A stretch of DNA of 64,000 nt from Patescibacteria group bacterium. Lineage in GTDB: Bacteria > Patescibacteriota > Minisyncoccia > Phycocordibacterales > UBA9973. This document shows, in pieces, positions 30,553-40,303 of the stretch (position 1 is its first letter; each line of letters begins with the position of its first letter). The position numbers were made by a program, and so were the translations under genes. The notes under the pieces were generated by a model that was not told the origin of the DNA, did no database searches, and saw nothing but the letters and a program-made list of their open reading frames with translations. The stretch spans positions 247,206-311,205 of the forward strand of contig JAGWUB010000001.1 in NCBI GenBank assembly GCA_028868715.1, read 5' to 3'.

Positions 30553-31641
30553 ATGAAACAACACATTAAAACTTTACATCATCATCCTAAACGAGTAATT
30601 ATTATTTCTTTGACAATTGCTCTTATTATAGGATTTTTAGGCTACTTGGCAATAAGTAAAAGTCGAAATTTTACTCCAAGTGATAACAGTGCATTGATAA
30701 ACCCAAACGAAAATTCTCCTTCCGTACGTAACCTTACTCTTGGATTTCTTGCTGCTGGCAGAATTAAATCTGTCTCGGTTAAAGCAGGTGATGTAGTCAA
30801 AAAAGGTCAAGTTCTAGCCACTCTCGACGCCGGAAATGTAGTGGGAGCCCTAGACCAAGCTAAAGCCTCTTATGCCATAGCCCAGGCTAATTATCAAAAA
30901 ATAATTAACGGAGCAACAGGCCCGACCATTGATGTGGCCAAAGCTACCGTGAATACCGCTAAAGTTAGTTTAAATGAAATAACCAAACAACAAGAAGTTT
31001 TAGTGAACAATGCCTATAAGTCTCTCCTTAATTCTTCCATTCAAGCGGTAGCCGTGAGTGATTATGGTGCTATCACTGCTCCAGTGATAACTGGAACTTA
31101 CGACTGTAGCAACGAAGGTGTTTACAACTTAAATACTTACACTTCCTCCAACGGTACTTCTGTATATTACACAGGTCTTGAAACGGGATCAGTATTATCA
31201 ACAAACGCTCCTAAAGCAATTGGAACCTGCGGTTTATTCTTGTCGTATCCTAGTTCAGCCGGAATACTTACACCTGTAGCTCAATTTGTTATTCAAATAC
31301 CAAACAAAAGTGCCGCAAATTATACTAGTAATTTGAACGCCTATCAGCTGGCATTACAGAATAAAGAACAAGCAATTGCCGGAGCACAAGCAACTCTTGA
31401 CCAAGCCAATGCAAATTTAACTTCCATAGTAACTACTGCTCGCCCCGAAGACGTAGCTACGGCTCAAGCTCAAATGGAAAATGCCAACGGAGCACTAAAA
31501 ATCGCACAGGCAGCCTATGACAACACAATTATCGTAGCTCCTGCTGATGGAACTGTGACTTCAGTGGCGATTACTCCCGGACAGATAGCGGTGCCAAATG
31601 CGTCGGCTATAGAATTTATCAGTAATAGTTCTTCAAATTAA
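30553..31641 (+). CDS. HlyD/EmrA-like membrane fusion protein (start probably ATG 30553)
   Basis: GRIKSVSVKAGDVVKKGQVLATLD, helical hairpin, IVAPADGTV. Confidence 0.8.
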   Translation: MKQHIKTLHHHPKRVIIISLTIALIIGFLGYLAISKSRNFTPSDNSALINPNENSPSVRNLTLGFLAAGRIKSVSVKAGDVVKKGQVLATLDAGNVVGALDQAKASYAIAQANYQKIINGATGPTIDVAKATVNTAKVSLNEITKQQEVLVNNAYKSLLNSSIQAVAVSDYGAITAPVITGTYDCSNEGVYNLNTYTSSNGTSVYYTGLETGSVLSTNAPKAIGTCGLFLSYPSSAGILTPVAQFVIQIPNKSAANYTSNLNAYQLALQNKEQAIAGAQATLDQANANLTSIVTTARPEDVATAQAQMENANGALKIAQAAYDNTIIVAPADGTVTSVAITPGQIAVPNASAIEFISNSSSN

Positions 31642-31646
31642 AAGTT

Positions 31647-32297
31647 ATGGAAAAAGAAACAAAACAAACTGCAAAAAATGTACACCTTTTTAAAAGGCCT
31701 TGGATGCATAGTCTGATCGCCTTTTTAGTTATCTTTGGATTACTCTCAGTATTTTTGTTTTGGCAGGCAAATCGAAACACAGTTTATATTGAAAATGCAG
31801 ACCTAGAGGCGCCAATCATAAACTTAACTGCTTCTTCACCTGGAGTGTTAAATGCTTTATACGTCAAAGAAGGGGACAATGTGGCAGCTAATACTCAGAT
31901 AGCCTTAGTTGGTTCACAAATTATTTCTACTCAAAATGCTGGAGTGGTAGCTTCAGCGCCAATGTTACTTGGGGCATACTTTATGCCGGGACAAACCGTA
32001 GTATCCATCGTCAACAATCAAGAAATGAAAGTGGTCGGACAAATAGAAGAAACTAAAGGATTGAGTGATTTAAAAGTAGGACAAAAAGCAGCTTTTTCTG
32101 TGGATGCTTTTCCTGGAAGAATGTATGAAGGCCTAGTGTCTGAAATTAGTCCTGTCTCAAATGACAATGGTATTATTTTTTCTATTTCGGATCAACGTCC
32201 AATCAAAAAATTTGATATTAAAGTAAGCTTTAAGGTGGCAGACTATCCTGAGTTAAAGAGTGGTATGTCTGCCAAGATAACAGTTTATACTAAATAA
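31647..32297 (+). CDS. Second, short HlyD-like adaptor (lipoyl plus beta-barrel, no hairpin)
   Basis: GVLNALYVKEGD, ETKGLSDLKVGQ..VDAFPG, LKSGMSA. Confidence 0.75.
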   Translation: MEKETKQTAKNVHLFKRPWMHSLIAFLVIFGLLSVFLFWQANRNTVYIENADLEAPIINLTASSPGVLNALYVKEGDNVAANTQIALVGSQIISTQNAGVVASAPMLLGAYFMPGQTVVSIVNNQEMKVVGQIEETKGLSDLKVGQKAAFSVDAFPGRMYEGLVSEISPVSNDNGIIFSISDQRPIKKFDIKVSFKVADYPELKSGMSAKITVYTK

Positions 32298-32302
32298 AAA
32301 AT

Positions 32303-33799
32303 ATGGAAGGGCTCGATGACAAAAAAAAAGGATCCAACCTGCGTTGGTGGATATTACTTACCGTTATAATTGGAACTTTTTTAGGTCGCCTAGATCAAAC
32401 GATAGTGAACTTGGCTCTGCCAAAAATCATTAATGATTTTGGCATTTCGGTTACCGCGGCTGGATGGATAGCTACAGCTTATATTTTAGCTAATGCTGTT
32501 TTCGTGCCGATTTGGGGTAAATTGGGCGATACTATTGGAAGAAAAAAAGTTTACATTATTGGTTTCAGTATTTTTATTTTCGGTTCTGTCTTGGCGGGAC
32601 TTTCATGGAATCTTTCTTCAATGATTGTCTTTCGGGTGATTCAAGCTATAGCCGGATCAGCTGATTATCCGACAGCCATGGCGATATTAGCCGTGACTTT
32701 CAAAAATGGAAAAGAACGTGCGCAAGCACTCGGCATTTGGTCCTCTTCTTTCGCCGCCGCGGCTGTTTTTGGACCACTTTTAGGTGGTCCTTTGATAGAC
32801 AATTTTGGCTGGCGTTCAGTTTTTCTAATCAATCTTCCAATTGGTATTTTAGGTATCATCATGGCCGTTCGTTTTATCAATGAATCACGTTCAGAACAAA
32901 AAACCACATACTTTGATTGGTGGGGATCGCTTTCATTGGGAGGTATGCTTTCTATGTTGGTGCTCGTTTTAGACAAAGGATTAACTTGGGGTTGGTTTTC
33001 AACCGCAAGTCTAATATGTTACTTTTTGATAATTTTCCTCTTGTGGTTATTTATCAGAATAGAAAAAAATGCCAAAGACCCGATTGTGGATTTGCGTTTT
33101 TTCAAAATTCCTGCTTTTGTCAATACTCTGATTAATAACTTTATTGTTTTTATGGGTATGATTGGCGGAATTTTCTTGATACCTATATTTGCGCAAACGT
33201 TTCTCGGGTATACCGCTACTCAATCAGGATATCTTTTTATTCCGATGGCTGCAGCCTTGATGCTAGCAGCTCCAATAGGAGGCGCACTGACTGGGCGAGT
33301 CCAAGCGCGCTACGTGATTTTTGCCAGTACCTTGGTGGCAGCCATCGGTATTTATTTCTTCTCCTTTCTTGATCCCAAGTCCGGTGCTCTGGCTATAATA
33401 ATTCCGCTTTCGGTCATGGCTTTTGGTCTTGGTTTTGGAATGGCGCAACGAACGAATGTTATTGCTTCCGTAGTAAACCCAAATGAAATCGGCATTGCTT
33501 CTTCAATTTTGGCCCTAGCTCGCAATATTGCTGGCGCTTTTGGAATTGCTATTTTTGGAACAATTTTAACAAACCGAGTTTATACAAACGTAATGTCTAT
33601 AAACAATTTTAGCGTTATTCGTAGTACCAATCCGATTGATATAAGTAAATACGTTGGACTAGTAGAACTAAAAGCTCAAGTCAATGCTTACAACTATGTT
33701 TTTTTGGTTGCATCCATTATAGTTTTTGTCGGAGCCTTTGCGGTGCTCTTTATGAAAATTAAACATGAACGCACGGATATAACTGTGCACGTAGAGTAA
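32303..33799 (+). CDS. DHA2/EmrB-family MFS efflux transporter
   Basis: LDQTIVNLALP, GKLGDTIGRKK, GPLLGG, WRSVFLINLPIG. Confidence 0.92.
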   Translation: MEGLDDKKKGSNLRWWILLTVIIGTFLGRLDQTIVNLALPKIINDFGISVTAAGWIATAYILANAVFVPIWGKLGDTIGRKKVYIIGFSIFIFGSVLAGLSWNLSSMIVFRVIQAIAGSADYPTAMAILAVTFKNGKERAQALGIWSSSFAAAAVFGPLLGGPLIDNFGWRSVFLINLPIGILGIIMAVRFINESRSEQKTTYFDWWGSLSLGGMLSMLVLVLDKGLTWGWFSTASLICYFLIIFLLWLFIRIEKNAKDPIVDLRFFKIPAFVNTLINNFIVFMGMIGGIFLIPIFAQTFLGYTATQSGYLFIPMAAALMLAAPIGGALTGRVQARYVIFASTLVAAIGIYFFSFLDPKSGALAIIIPLSVMAFGLGFGMAQRTNVIASVVNPNEIGIASSILALARNIAGAFGIAIFGTILTNRVYTNVMSINNFSVIRSTNPIDISKYVGLVELKAQVNAYNYVFLVASIIVFVGAFAVLFMKIKHERTDITVHVE

Positions 33800-33817
33800 T
33801 TTATTTTTTTAATATTT

Positions 33818-35356
33818 CTAGGCGAAGCCAGGGAAGAAATCAATCTTTATATTTTTTCTTTTTACTCCCATAGACCTGAGTGTGTCTTCAAACGCAGTAA
33901 CCATACCACGTGGTCCCGAAATATAAAAAGTTTTATTAAGATAATCAGAAACTTCTCTTTGGATAATTCGTGCATCAACAAAGCCATTGTACATAAAGCT
34001 GCCAACGGGCACCTCGCCCTTATCAGTGACGGCATAAATAGTTTTTATGCCGAGTTCTTTTTGGGCTTTATCAAATACCTCTTTATAGGCTATGTCGGAA
34101 ACTTTTTTATTTGAATAAAGTAAGGTAATATCTCTTTTTTCATTATTATCCAATAAATATTGGATCATACTTCGGAAAGGCGTGATGCCGATACCGCCGG
34201 CGATAAATACCAACCCTCTCTTTTCAGTTGTTGGCAAGACAAAGTCTCCAGACTTTTGAGCAACGACTATTTCTCCCAATTTTGGTAATGCCAATAATCT
34301 ATTTTTAAAACTACTCGGCTCAGGATAGAATTTTACTCCTAGATGTATTTCCGGTTCTGTGGGCGATGAAGCTAAAGTAAAGTAACGACGATTACCACGC
34401 GTATCGGGGCTACGATGCTTGAGTGTCCATTCCATATATTGCCCAGGTCTAAAATTAAACTTTTTATCTTTGTAAAAAATAAAATCAAATGTATCTGTAC
34501 CTACTTTTACACGTTCTTTCAACTTTAGAAAAAGTTTTTCCTTTGGACTGACGATATAGGCAAAAATGTTTCCCACCACCAAAGCCAGTTCTGGCGTAGA
34601 ATAAAATGGCCCGATTTGTAGTGCTGGGGCAGACAAAATACCCACCAATACACCAAAAGCCATACGCCACCACCTAGTGGTGGGAGAGGTGAGTGGTTCC
34701 GTTAACATCACAAAAGCAAAGAAAAGTATGGCTGTATTGTCTAGGGTTGATATCAAAGTATGGACAATATTTTGGGCACTCGCTCCTTTTTGTGCTGACA
34801 AGATGATAATTGTGGTTATTACAGAAATTAAGAAACTAAAAAACAAATCCCAATGACGAAGTTTTCTTATAATTAAAAATCCACCTATAATCACGACAGG
34901 CAACATTGCCGGCGTTCCGATCCACCAACTAGCGGATTGATTTATGGTGAAGGCCACTAGAACAAGAGCAATCGCCGCAGGGTTAAAAATATGTTTTCTC
35001 CCAATTGCAAAAATATACTTTGAAGCCATCGCCCATACGCTAGCCCAAAATGCTAGTGGTAAAAACTGTGAGTACACACCACCTTGAGCGGGGGTGATAA
35101 TAAAAAACAAAATTAAAGCCGTTATATAAATAGATTCTACGTTGGTCGGAGCTTCATAGACATAAGCAAAGATAATATTGGTTATGTAAGATACCAATAA
35201 AATAATCAAAAAAGATGCCATTAGATCAATGGGTGTATACGGTAAAAACTTGAAGATTGATAGAACCACAGCGGAACCCAAAAAGAAACACAGAACATAA
35301 AGAACTATGCGATACATCGTTATTCTATTTAGAAAATTGTCTATGAAATTAAGCAT
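33818..35356 (-). CDS. RnfD/NqrB-like membrane domain fused to FNR-type FAD/NAD(P) oxidoreductase
   Basis: KHIFNPAA, MLTEPLTSP; RYFTLASSP, IAGGIGITPFRS, YISGP. Confidence 0.85.
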   Translation of the reverse strand: MLNFIDNFLNRITMYRIVLYVLCFFLGSAVVLSIFKFLPYTPIDLMASFLIILLVSYITNIIFAYVYEAPTNVESIYITALILFFIITPAQGGVYSQFLPLAFWASVWAMASKYIFAIGRKHIFNPAAIALVLVAFTINQSASWWIGTPAMLPVVIIGGFLIIRKLRHWDLFFSFLISVITTIIILSAQKGASAQNIVHTLISTLDNTAILFFAFVMLTEPLTSPTTRWWRMAFGVLVGILSAPALQIGPFYSTPELALVVGNIFAYIVSPKEKLFLKLKERVKVGTDTFDFIFYKDKKFNFRPGQYMEWTLKHRSPDTRGNRRYFTLASSPTEPEIHLGVKFYPEPSSFKNRLLALPKLGEIVVAQKSGDFVLPTTEKRGLVFIAGGIGITPFRSMIQYLLDNNEKRDITLLYSNKKVSDIAYKEVFDKAQKELGIKTIYAVTDKGEVPVGSFMYNGFVDARIIQREVSDYLNKTFYISGPRGMVTAFEDTLRSMGVKRKNIKIDFFPGFA

Positions 35357-35358
35357 TT

Positions 35359-36109
35359 TTATATCTTTGTGTAATTATTAAAACCCTTGGTCATTGTGGC
35401 TATACCATTTTTATCAATTGAGTATCCCTCAAATCCACTCAATTTTTCTATGAAAAATATACCATTTTTACCCATAGCAAAAGCTGCGGTCGCATATTTG
35501 TCAGCTTCCAGAATATTTGGTCCGACAACCGTTATACTTACTATGTCCTTTAAATGATCATTTTTATCCTTGGGATTGTATACGTGTTCTCCGCGAATAT
35601 AGTTGCCAGAGGTGGCTATACCATTATCAGTTAAATAAACTTTTTTTTACAACCTCTCTTTTTTTATTAAAGGGGTTTTGAATGCCAATGCACCATGGTT
35701 CATTTTTATCATTTTTACCGCATGCTTGGATGTCTCCTCCTGCTTCTACATAAAAATTTTTAATACCATGACCCTTTAAAATATTACTGGCATTAAAAAT
35801 AGACCAACCTTTTACCATCCCCGAAGGATCATAAGCTCCTGTTGGGGTAACAATATCAAAATACCCATCTGTTAATTCTTTAGTTTCCTCTGAAAGCCTA
35901 AAGACTGTTTTCATATCCTCGCTCCAGTCTCTCTCATTTATTTTTTTATTGTTAATTGCCGTAATCTCACTATCTTCTTTATAGGTGCTGAATTTTTCAT
36001 CTACATATTTAAAATAATTAAAAACCTCATCAAAAAACTCCTGTTTTGCCTCGGAGTCCCTAACCTCAAGAATAACGGGTGTACCCATAATGATTTGAAC
36101 CTGCTTCAT
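35359..36109 (-). pseudogene. apbE: FAD:protein FMN transferase, frameshifted at an A8 tract (35641-35648)
   Basis: MGT, DPSGMVKGW, EAGGD, IGIQNP; deleting one A continues VYLTDNGIATSGNYIRGEHVYNP...EADKYATAAFAMG to a stop at 35359. Confidence 0.85.
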
Positions 36110-36115
36110 TTTTAT

Positions 36116-36619
36116 TTAATTTAATGCTTGCGAGAGAGCACTTGCTAAAGACTCACGAAATGCGGCACTCGTGAATGATGCTCCAGAAACAGTGTCTACG
36201 TTAGAACCTTGCGCAGTAATAGCCTCACTGATTAGGTATGGCATTGCGAATGAATTTATGCGAATTGAATTCTGTCTATCTTGTGGGTAGTCTAAAAATT
36301 GTACATCGGTGATTTTGCCACCAGAAATTATAGCTTTGACTTGCACATTGCCATAGGTCGCATCTGCCACACTACCGGTATAACTTCCGTTTTTATACTT
36401 TCCAGTATTTGCGATAGGTGTCTGTGTTGGTTTTGGTTTTGTAGAAGTGGGGGATTTTGTTGTCGTTGTATTATTGTATTGTGGGAGCGATAAGGTAACG
36501 TTTGGCTTGTTGGGCTCAGGTGCCAAGGTAACTGGAGCTTCCGTTCCAATGATACGTACATATAATACATATGCCGTAAACGTGAATATTAACAATAAGG
36601 ATAAGGCCGCTTTTTTCAT
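36116..36619 (-). CDS. Membrane-anchored FMN-binding (flavinylated) domain protein
   Basis: YKNGSYTG, YGNVQV, VDTVSGASFTS flavinylation motif. Confidence 0.9.
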   Translation of the reverse strand: MKKAALSLLLIFTFTAYVLYVRIIGTEAPVTLAPEPNKPNVTLSLPQYNNTTTTKSPTSTKPKPTQTPIANTGKYKNGSYTGSVADATYGNVQVKAIISGGKITDVQFLDYPQDRQNSIRINSFAMPYLISEAITAQGSNVDTVSGASFTSAAFRESLASALSQALN

Positions 36620-36665
36620 AAGTTTTATTATATCACATACCCAATAATGAAATTGGGCCTAATTT

Positions 36666-37844
36666 TTAATCTTCTACGTGAAAATCTGAGTTATCAGATG
36701 ATGACCTAGGGGATTCTATGCCAGGTGTAGTTTGATGGTTTTCATTTTCCAATAGATTATCATCTTCAATATCTCCTCCATTATCAACACCCATATCATC
36801 TTCAATTTCTCCTTTTATTACATTAGATAGCATCAATAATTTTATTGAATTAACGTCAGTTATGACTAGTTGAAATCTATTAATTGCATTTGCGTAATCA
36901 CTGGAAGTCATAAATGTTTTACCTTCCTGTAAAGAAGTTTCTGCTAGCGCAAGCTTGCTATCAATCTGAGTTTGTATATTTGTTGAAAGTTTTAATTTTT
37001 CTTTTTGGTACGAAAGTTTTATTAAATTTAATAAATTTTCTGCCGCAGTTTGTTTACCAAGCGCAGAAGCAGAATCTGGTGTCGTTGATGTAGCAGAGCT
37101 ATCTCCTTCATTTACCCCAAGGTTTAAATCAAACTTTGCTTGGCCGTCCATCTCTTTATTCTTAGACTCCTCTAGGGTAGAAACCAATTTGTCAGTTTCA
37201 TTTTTAGTTTCTGTGTTAGTATTCGACTGCTCTGAAAGATTTTTTAATACATCTTGATAAGCCCTAAGAGAAGCCTGCAATCTTATATTTAAATCAGAAG
37301 AATTTCTAGATTTATCTTTTTCCAAAGCAAGCTCATTTGCGCTTGTGTTAAATTCATCAATCTGACTTTTTATTTTAGTTTCCAAAATAACTCTTTTGGA
37401 TTCGTCAAAATTATTTCTAGCAACAAGCTTTTGGGCTTCTTTGAGCCTACGTTCCACCAGTCTTTCTCGCCATTCTGTTTTTTCTTCTTTTGTTAAAGCA
37501 AATATACCAGCGACTGGTTCATTCACGGATGTTTTTATTCCGTAAAGTAGATCACCAGGCACAGCCCTTTCTGCAAAAGCAGAAGTACCACCAGTGATAA
37601 TGATAATAAGAATTACGATAAATGCGGGAACAAATTTACTTTTATTATTCATAAAATTGTATTTTTTTATGTTTTGATAATAATAATATATACGACTTGT
37701 ATTTGATTTTACTATATTGTCATGCGTTAAATTTTGAACGGGAGAAACTTTATCGAGCAAATTAGTGCGCATTAATGCCTTCTCACTTTCAGTGAGTTTA
37801 ATATTTTTTACCGCCTTAATTATAGATTCAAATTCTTTATCCAT
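36666..37844 (-). CDS. Putative anti-sigma factor with DUF5667-like extracellular helical domain
   Basis: TM then AERAVPGDLLYGIK, ERRLKEA; overlaps ECF sigma stop. Confidence 0.7.
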   Translation of the reverse strand: MDKEFESIIKAVKNIKLTESEKALMRTNLLDKVSPVQNLTHDNIVKSNTSRIYYYYQNIKKYNFMNNKSKFVPAFIVILIIIITGGTSAFAERAVPGDLLYGIKTSVNEPVAGIFALTKEEKTEWRERLVERRLKEAQKLVARNNFDESKRVILETKIKSQIDEFNTSANELALEKDKSRNSSDLNIRLQASLRAYQDVLKNLSEQSNTNTETKNETDKLVSTLEESKNKEMDGQAKFDLNLGVNEGDSSATSTTPDSASALGKQTAAENLLNLIKLSYQKEKLKLSTNIQTQIDSKLALAETSLQEGKTFMTSSDYANAINRFQLVITDVNSIKLLMLSNVIKGEIEDDMGVDNGGDIEDDNLLENENHQTTPGIESPRSSSDNSDFHVED

Positions 37845-38355
37845 TTTTATTATCTACATTTTTTAATAATTCTCGAAGTTTTTCTCTTGCTCGGCTTACT
37901 CTTACTGATATTGTATTTTCTCGCTCGTCCAGCAATTCAGCCATATCCTTTGGACTCATATCCTCTACATATCGTAGCACAATAATCTCTCTGTCAGAGG
38001 GTGATAATTTATCCAATAATGAAAGAAAAATTGAATAATCAAGATAAGTTTCCATGTTGTCTTTTGCCGCGATAGATTCAAAAAATCCATCAGGGAGACT
38101 ATTTTCGGTGATACTTTTACTTTTTCTCCAAAAATCAATAACGGTATTTTTTGCAACAGTATAAATAAAACTCTTATGACTGCCTACCTCCTCTTTTTTT
38201 AAATGGTTAAATACTTTTATAAAAACGTCCTGAGCAAGGTCTTTGGCCACCTCTCTATCTCCCGTCTTAAAATAGCAAAAGCGGAAAATAGCATCTCCAT
38301 AGGTGTCATAAAGTTCAATGAACATAGTTCTTTTGTTGTCTTCTTCAGTATCCAT
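37837..38355 (-). CDS. ECF sigma factor
   Basis: DLAQDVFIKV, FIYTVAKNTVIDFWR, REIIVLRY...SVRVSRAREKLR. Confidence 0.93.
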   Translation of the reverse strand: MDTEEDNKRTMFIELYDTYGDAIFRFCYFKTGDREVAKDLAQDVFIKVFNHLKKEEVGSHKSFIYTVAKNTVIDFWRKSKSITENSLPDGFFESIAAKDNMETYLDYSIFLSLLDKLSPSDREIIVLRYVEDMSPKDMAELLDERENTISVRVSRAREKLRELLKNVDNKNG

Positions 38356-38362
38356 AGTTAAT

Positions 38363-38389
38363 TACGATTAGTCACTTGACTTTATTACA
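38363..38389 (-). promoter_or_regulatory. ECF-type autoregulatory promoter
   Basis: Minus strand TGTAAT-17 nt-CGTA, 7 nt before the sigma ATG. Confidence 0.6.
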
Positions 38390-38467
38390 TTATAATACAT
38401 TTAGCTATTTATGCCTACAGGCTACGCAAAGTAGACAACCAGTCTTGATTTTCATATACTTATACCT

Positions 38468-38932
38468 ATGACATATAACGTTCATCCGATATTTGTTCAC
38501 TTTCCAATTGTTTTGCTTCTGCTTTATTCTATTGTAAAGATATTACCCCTTGATAAATTTTTTCCCAGAGTTTCCTGGAAGCAAATTGAACGTTTTTTAC
38601 TCGTACTAGGATTTTTAGGAGCATTGGCTGCTATTTATACTGGCGGTATTGCTAGACATTTAATCCAGCCAAATCGACAGCTGGTAGGCATGCATTCAAC
38701 TTTCGCTACGGCATCCACTTGGATTTATGGATTTTTATTATTCCTAGAAATTATTGCAATAGTAAAATCAAAGTATGCCAAATTTTCTGATGGATTATTT
38801 TCAAAACTTTTGGCGTTGGTGGGACTCATCAGTATTTCAATCACTGGTCTACTTGGGGGAGTTATCGTTTATGGAGTAACCGCTGATCCTCTCGCGGGCA
38901 TAGTCTTAAAGTTACTTGGAATTAATTTATAA
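38468..38932 (+). CDS. DUF2231-like membrane protein
   Basis: HPIFVHFPI, conserved H, TGLLGG.IVY. Confidence 0.75.
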   Translation: MTYNVHPIFVHFPIVLLLLYSIVKILPLDKFFPRVSWKQIERFLLVLGFLGALAAIYTGGIARHLIQPNRQLVGMHSTFATASTWIYGFLLFLEIIAIVKSKYAKFSDGLFSKLLALVGLISISITGLLGGVIVYGVTADPLAGIVLKLLGINL

Positions 38933-38936
38933 TTTT

Positions 38937-39101
38937 ATGGATTCAAAACCTCTTATCTGGATTTTTTTATTTATAGGTTCCACAATTGGTGGGTTTATTC
39001 CGACTCTGTGGGGTGCCGGATTTTTTTCAGTATCATCTGTAGTTTTAACGGCGGTCGGAGGAATATTTGGTATCTGGTTGGGCTATAGATTAAGTAATTA
39101 A
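38937..39101 (+). CDS. Small Gly-rich two-TM protein
   Basis: MDSKPLIW..GSTIGGFIP.LWG...GGIFGIWLGY. Confidence 0.65.
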   Translation: MDSKPLIWIFLFIGSTIGGFIPTLWGAGFFSVSSVVLTAVGGIFGIWLGYRLSN

Positions 39102-39124
39102 GATTTTTGTGTTAAAATAATTAA

Positions 39125-39709
39125 ATGAAATTTGCTATTGCCATAATTGCTGCGCTGGTTGCAATTGCCGGCAACGCGCCATACCTCCGAGATGTTCTCT
39201 TAGAAAAAGTTAAACCACATCCATATACTTGGTTGGTTTGGTCAATAGTATCTGGGGTAACTTTTTTTGGGCAATTTGCCAAGGGTGCTGGTGTTGGCGC
39301 ACTGCCGACCGCCGTGGCCGAGATTTTTACTCTTATAATTTTTGTGTTCTCATTAAGGTATGGTTTTAAAAATATTAAAAAAATTGATACTTATTTTTTA
39401 ATTTTTGCATTGCTCGGTCTAATTCCATGGGTGCTTACCAAAGATCCTACAATCTCTGTCATTATAGTTGTGGCCATAGACTTAATTGCTTTTATTCCCA
39501 CCTTGCGAAAAACTTGGCATTATCCAAAAACTGAAGCCCCAATTTTATATGGTTCCAACGTCTTGCGCCATATTTTAACCTTATTTTCATTGCAAGCTTA
39601 TAATGTGGCCACAGTTCTCCATTCAATTTCAATGATTATTACCAACTCACTAATGGTGGCCTTTATCTTTTTTCGTCCCTCGAAAACCTTGAAACCAGAT
39701 AAGCAATAG
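39125..39709 (+). CDS. Multi-TM membrane protein (PQ-loop-like)
   Basis: PYLRD...KPHPYTWLVW, IPTLRKTW..P.TE. Confidence 0.7.
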   Translation: MKFAIAIIAALVAIAGNAPYLRDVLLEKVKPHPYTWLVWSIVSGVTFFGQFAKGAGVGALPTAVAEIFTLIIFVFSLRYGFKNIKKIDTYFLIFALLGLIPWVLTKDPTISVIIVVAIDLIAFIPTLRKTWHYPKTEAPILYGSNVLRHILTLFSLQAYNVATVLHSISMIITNSLMVAFIFFRPSKTLKPDKQ

Positions 39710-39727
39710 AGTAAAATTAAATTGTAT

Positions 39728-40294
39728 ATGGATAAATTAAAATTTGCCCTTGTTTTAATAATTACTCTTGCAGTAGTAGGAGGAGCGGGTTATTGGGCCG
39801 TTACCACTTTGCAGTCTGGTAGCCAGTATGTAAATAACCAAAAAATAAAAAAACTAGAAAGTGAAAACGAAACACTCAAGCAACAAGCTGACCAACTCAA
39901 TAATCAACTTACGCTACTGCAAGGTTTTGGTACAGATAAAACAATCGTAGATACTACACCAACTCCACCAGTCAAACAAACACCACCTGTTACCCCAGTA
40001 AAAAAACCTACTACTCAAACTACATACAAGAATCAGACGTTGATAAATGAATTACAAAAACTGATCAACGCGAAGATCGTTTTAAAACTTAATTCTACCG
40101 GAGCACAGGTGGGCACAATACAAAAATTTCTAAATATTTATAATAAGACTTCAAATAAAGTTGATAATACCTATAGCGCCAACACCAAGACTGCAGTCAT
40201 AGCCTTTCAGAAAGCCCAAGGTGTAACCGCAACTGGCCAAGTGGGTAGCACCACTCTTGGTAAGATGGTGACTTGGCTTAAAAAACAAGGATAA
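39728..40294 (+). CDS. Membrane-anchored peptidoglycan-binding domain protein
   Basis: TM, coiled coil, P/T linker, TKTAVIAFQKAQGVTATGQVGSTT. Confidence 0.8.
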   Translation: MDKLKFALVLIITLAVVGGAGYWAVTTLQSGSQYVNNQKIKKLESENETLKQQADQLNNQLTLLQGFGTDKTIVDTTPTPPVKQTPPVTPVKKPTTQTTYKNQTLINELQKLINAKIVLKLNSTGAQVGTIQKFLNIYNKTSNKVDNTYSANTKTAVIAFQKAQGVTATGQVGSTTLGKMVTWLKKQG

Positions 40295-40303
40295 TCACTT
40301 TTA

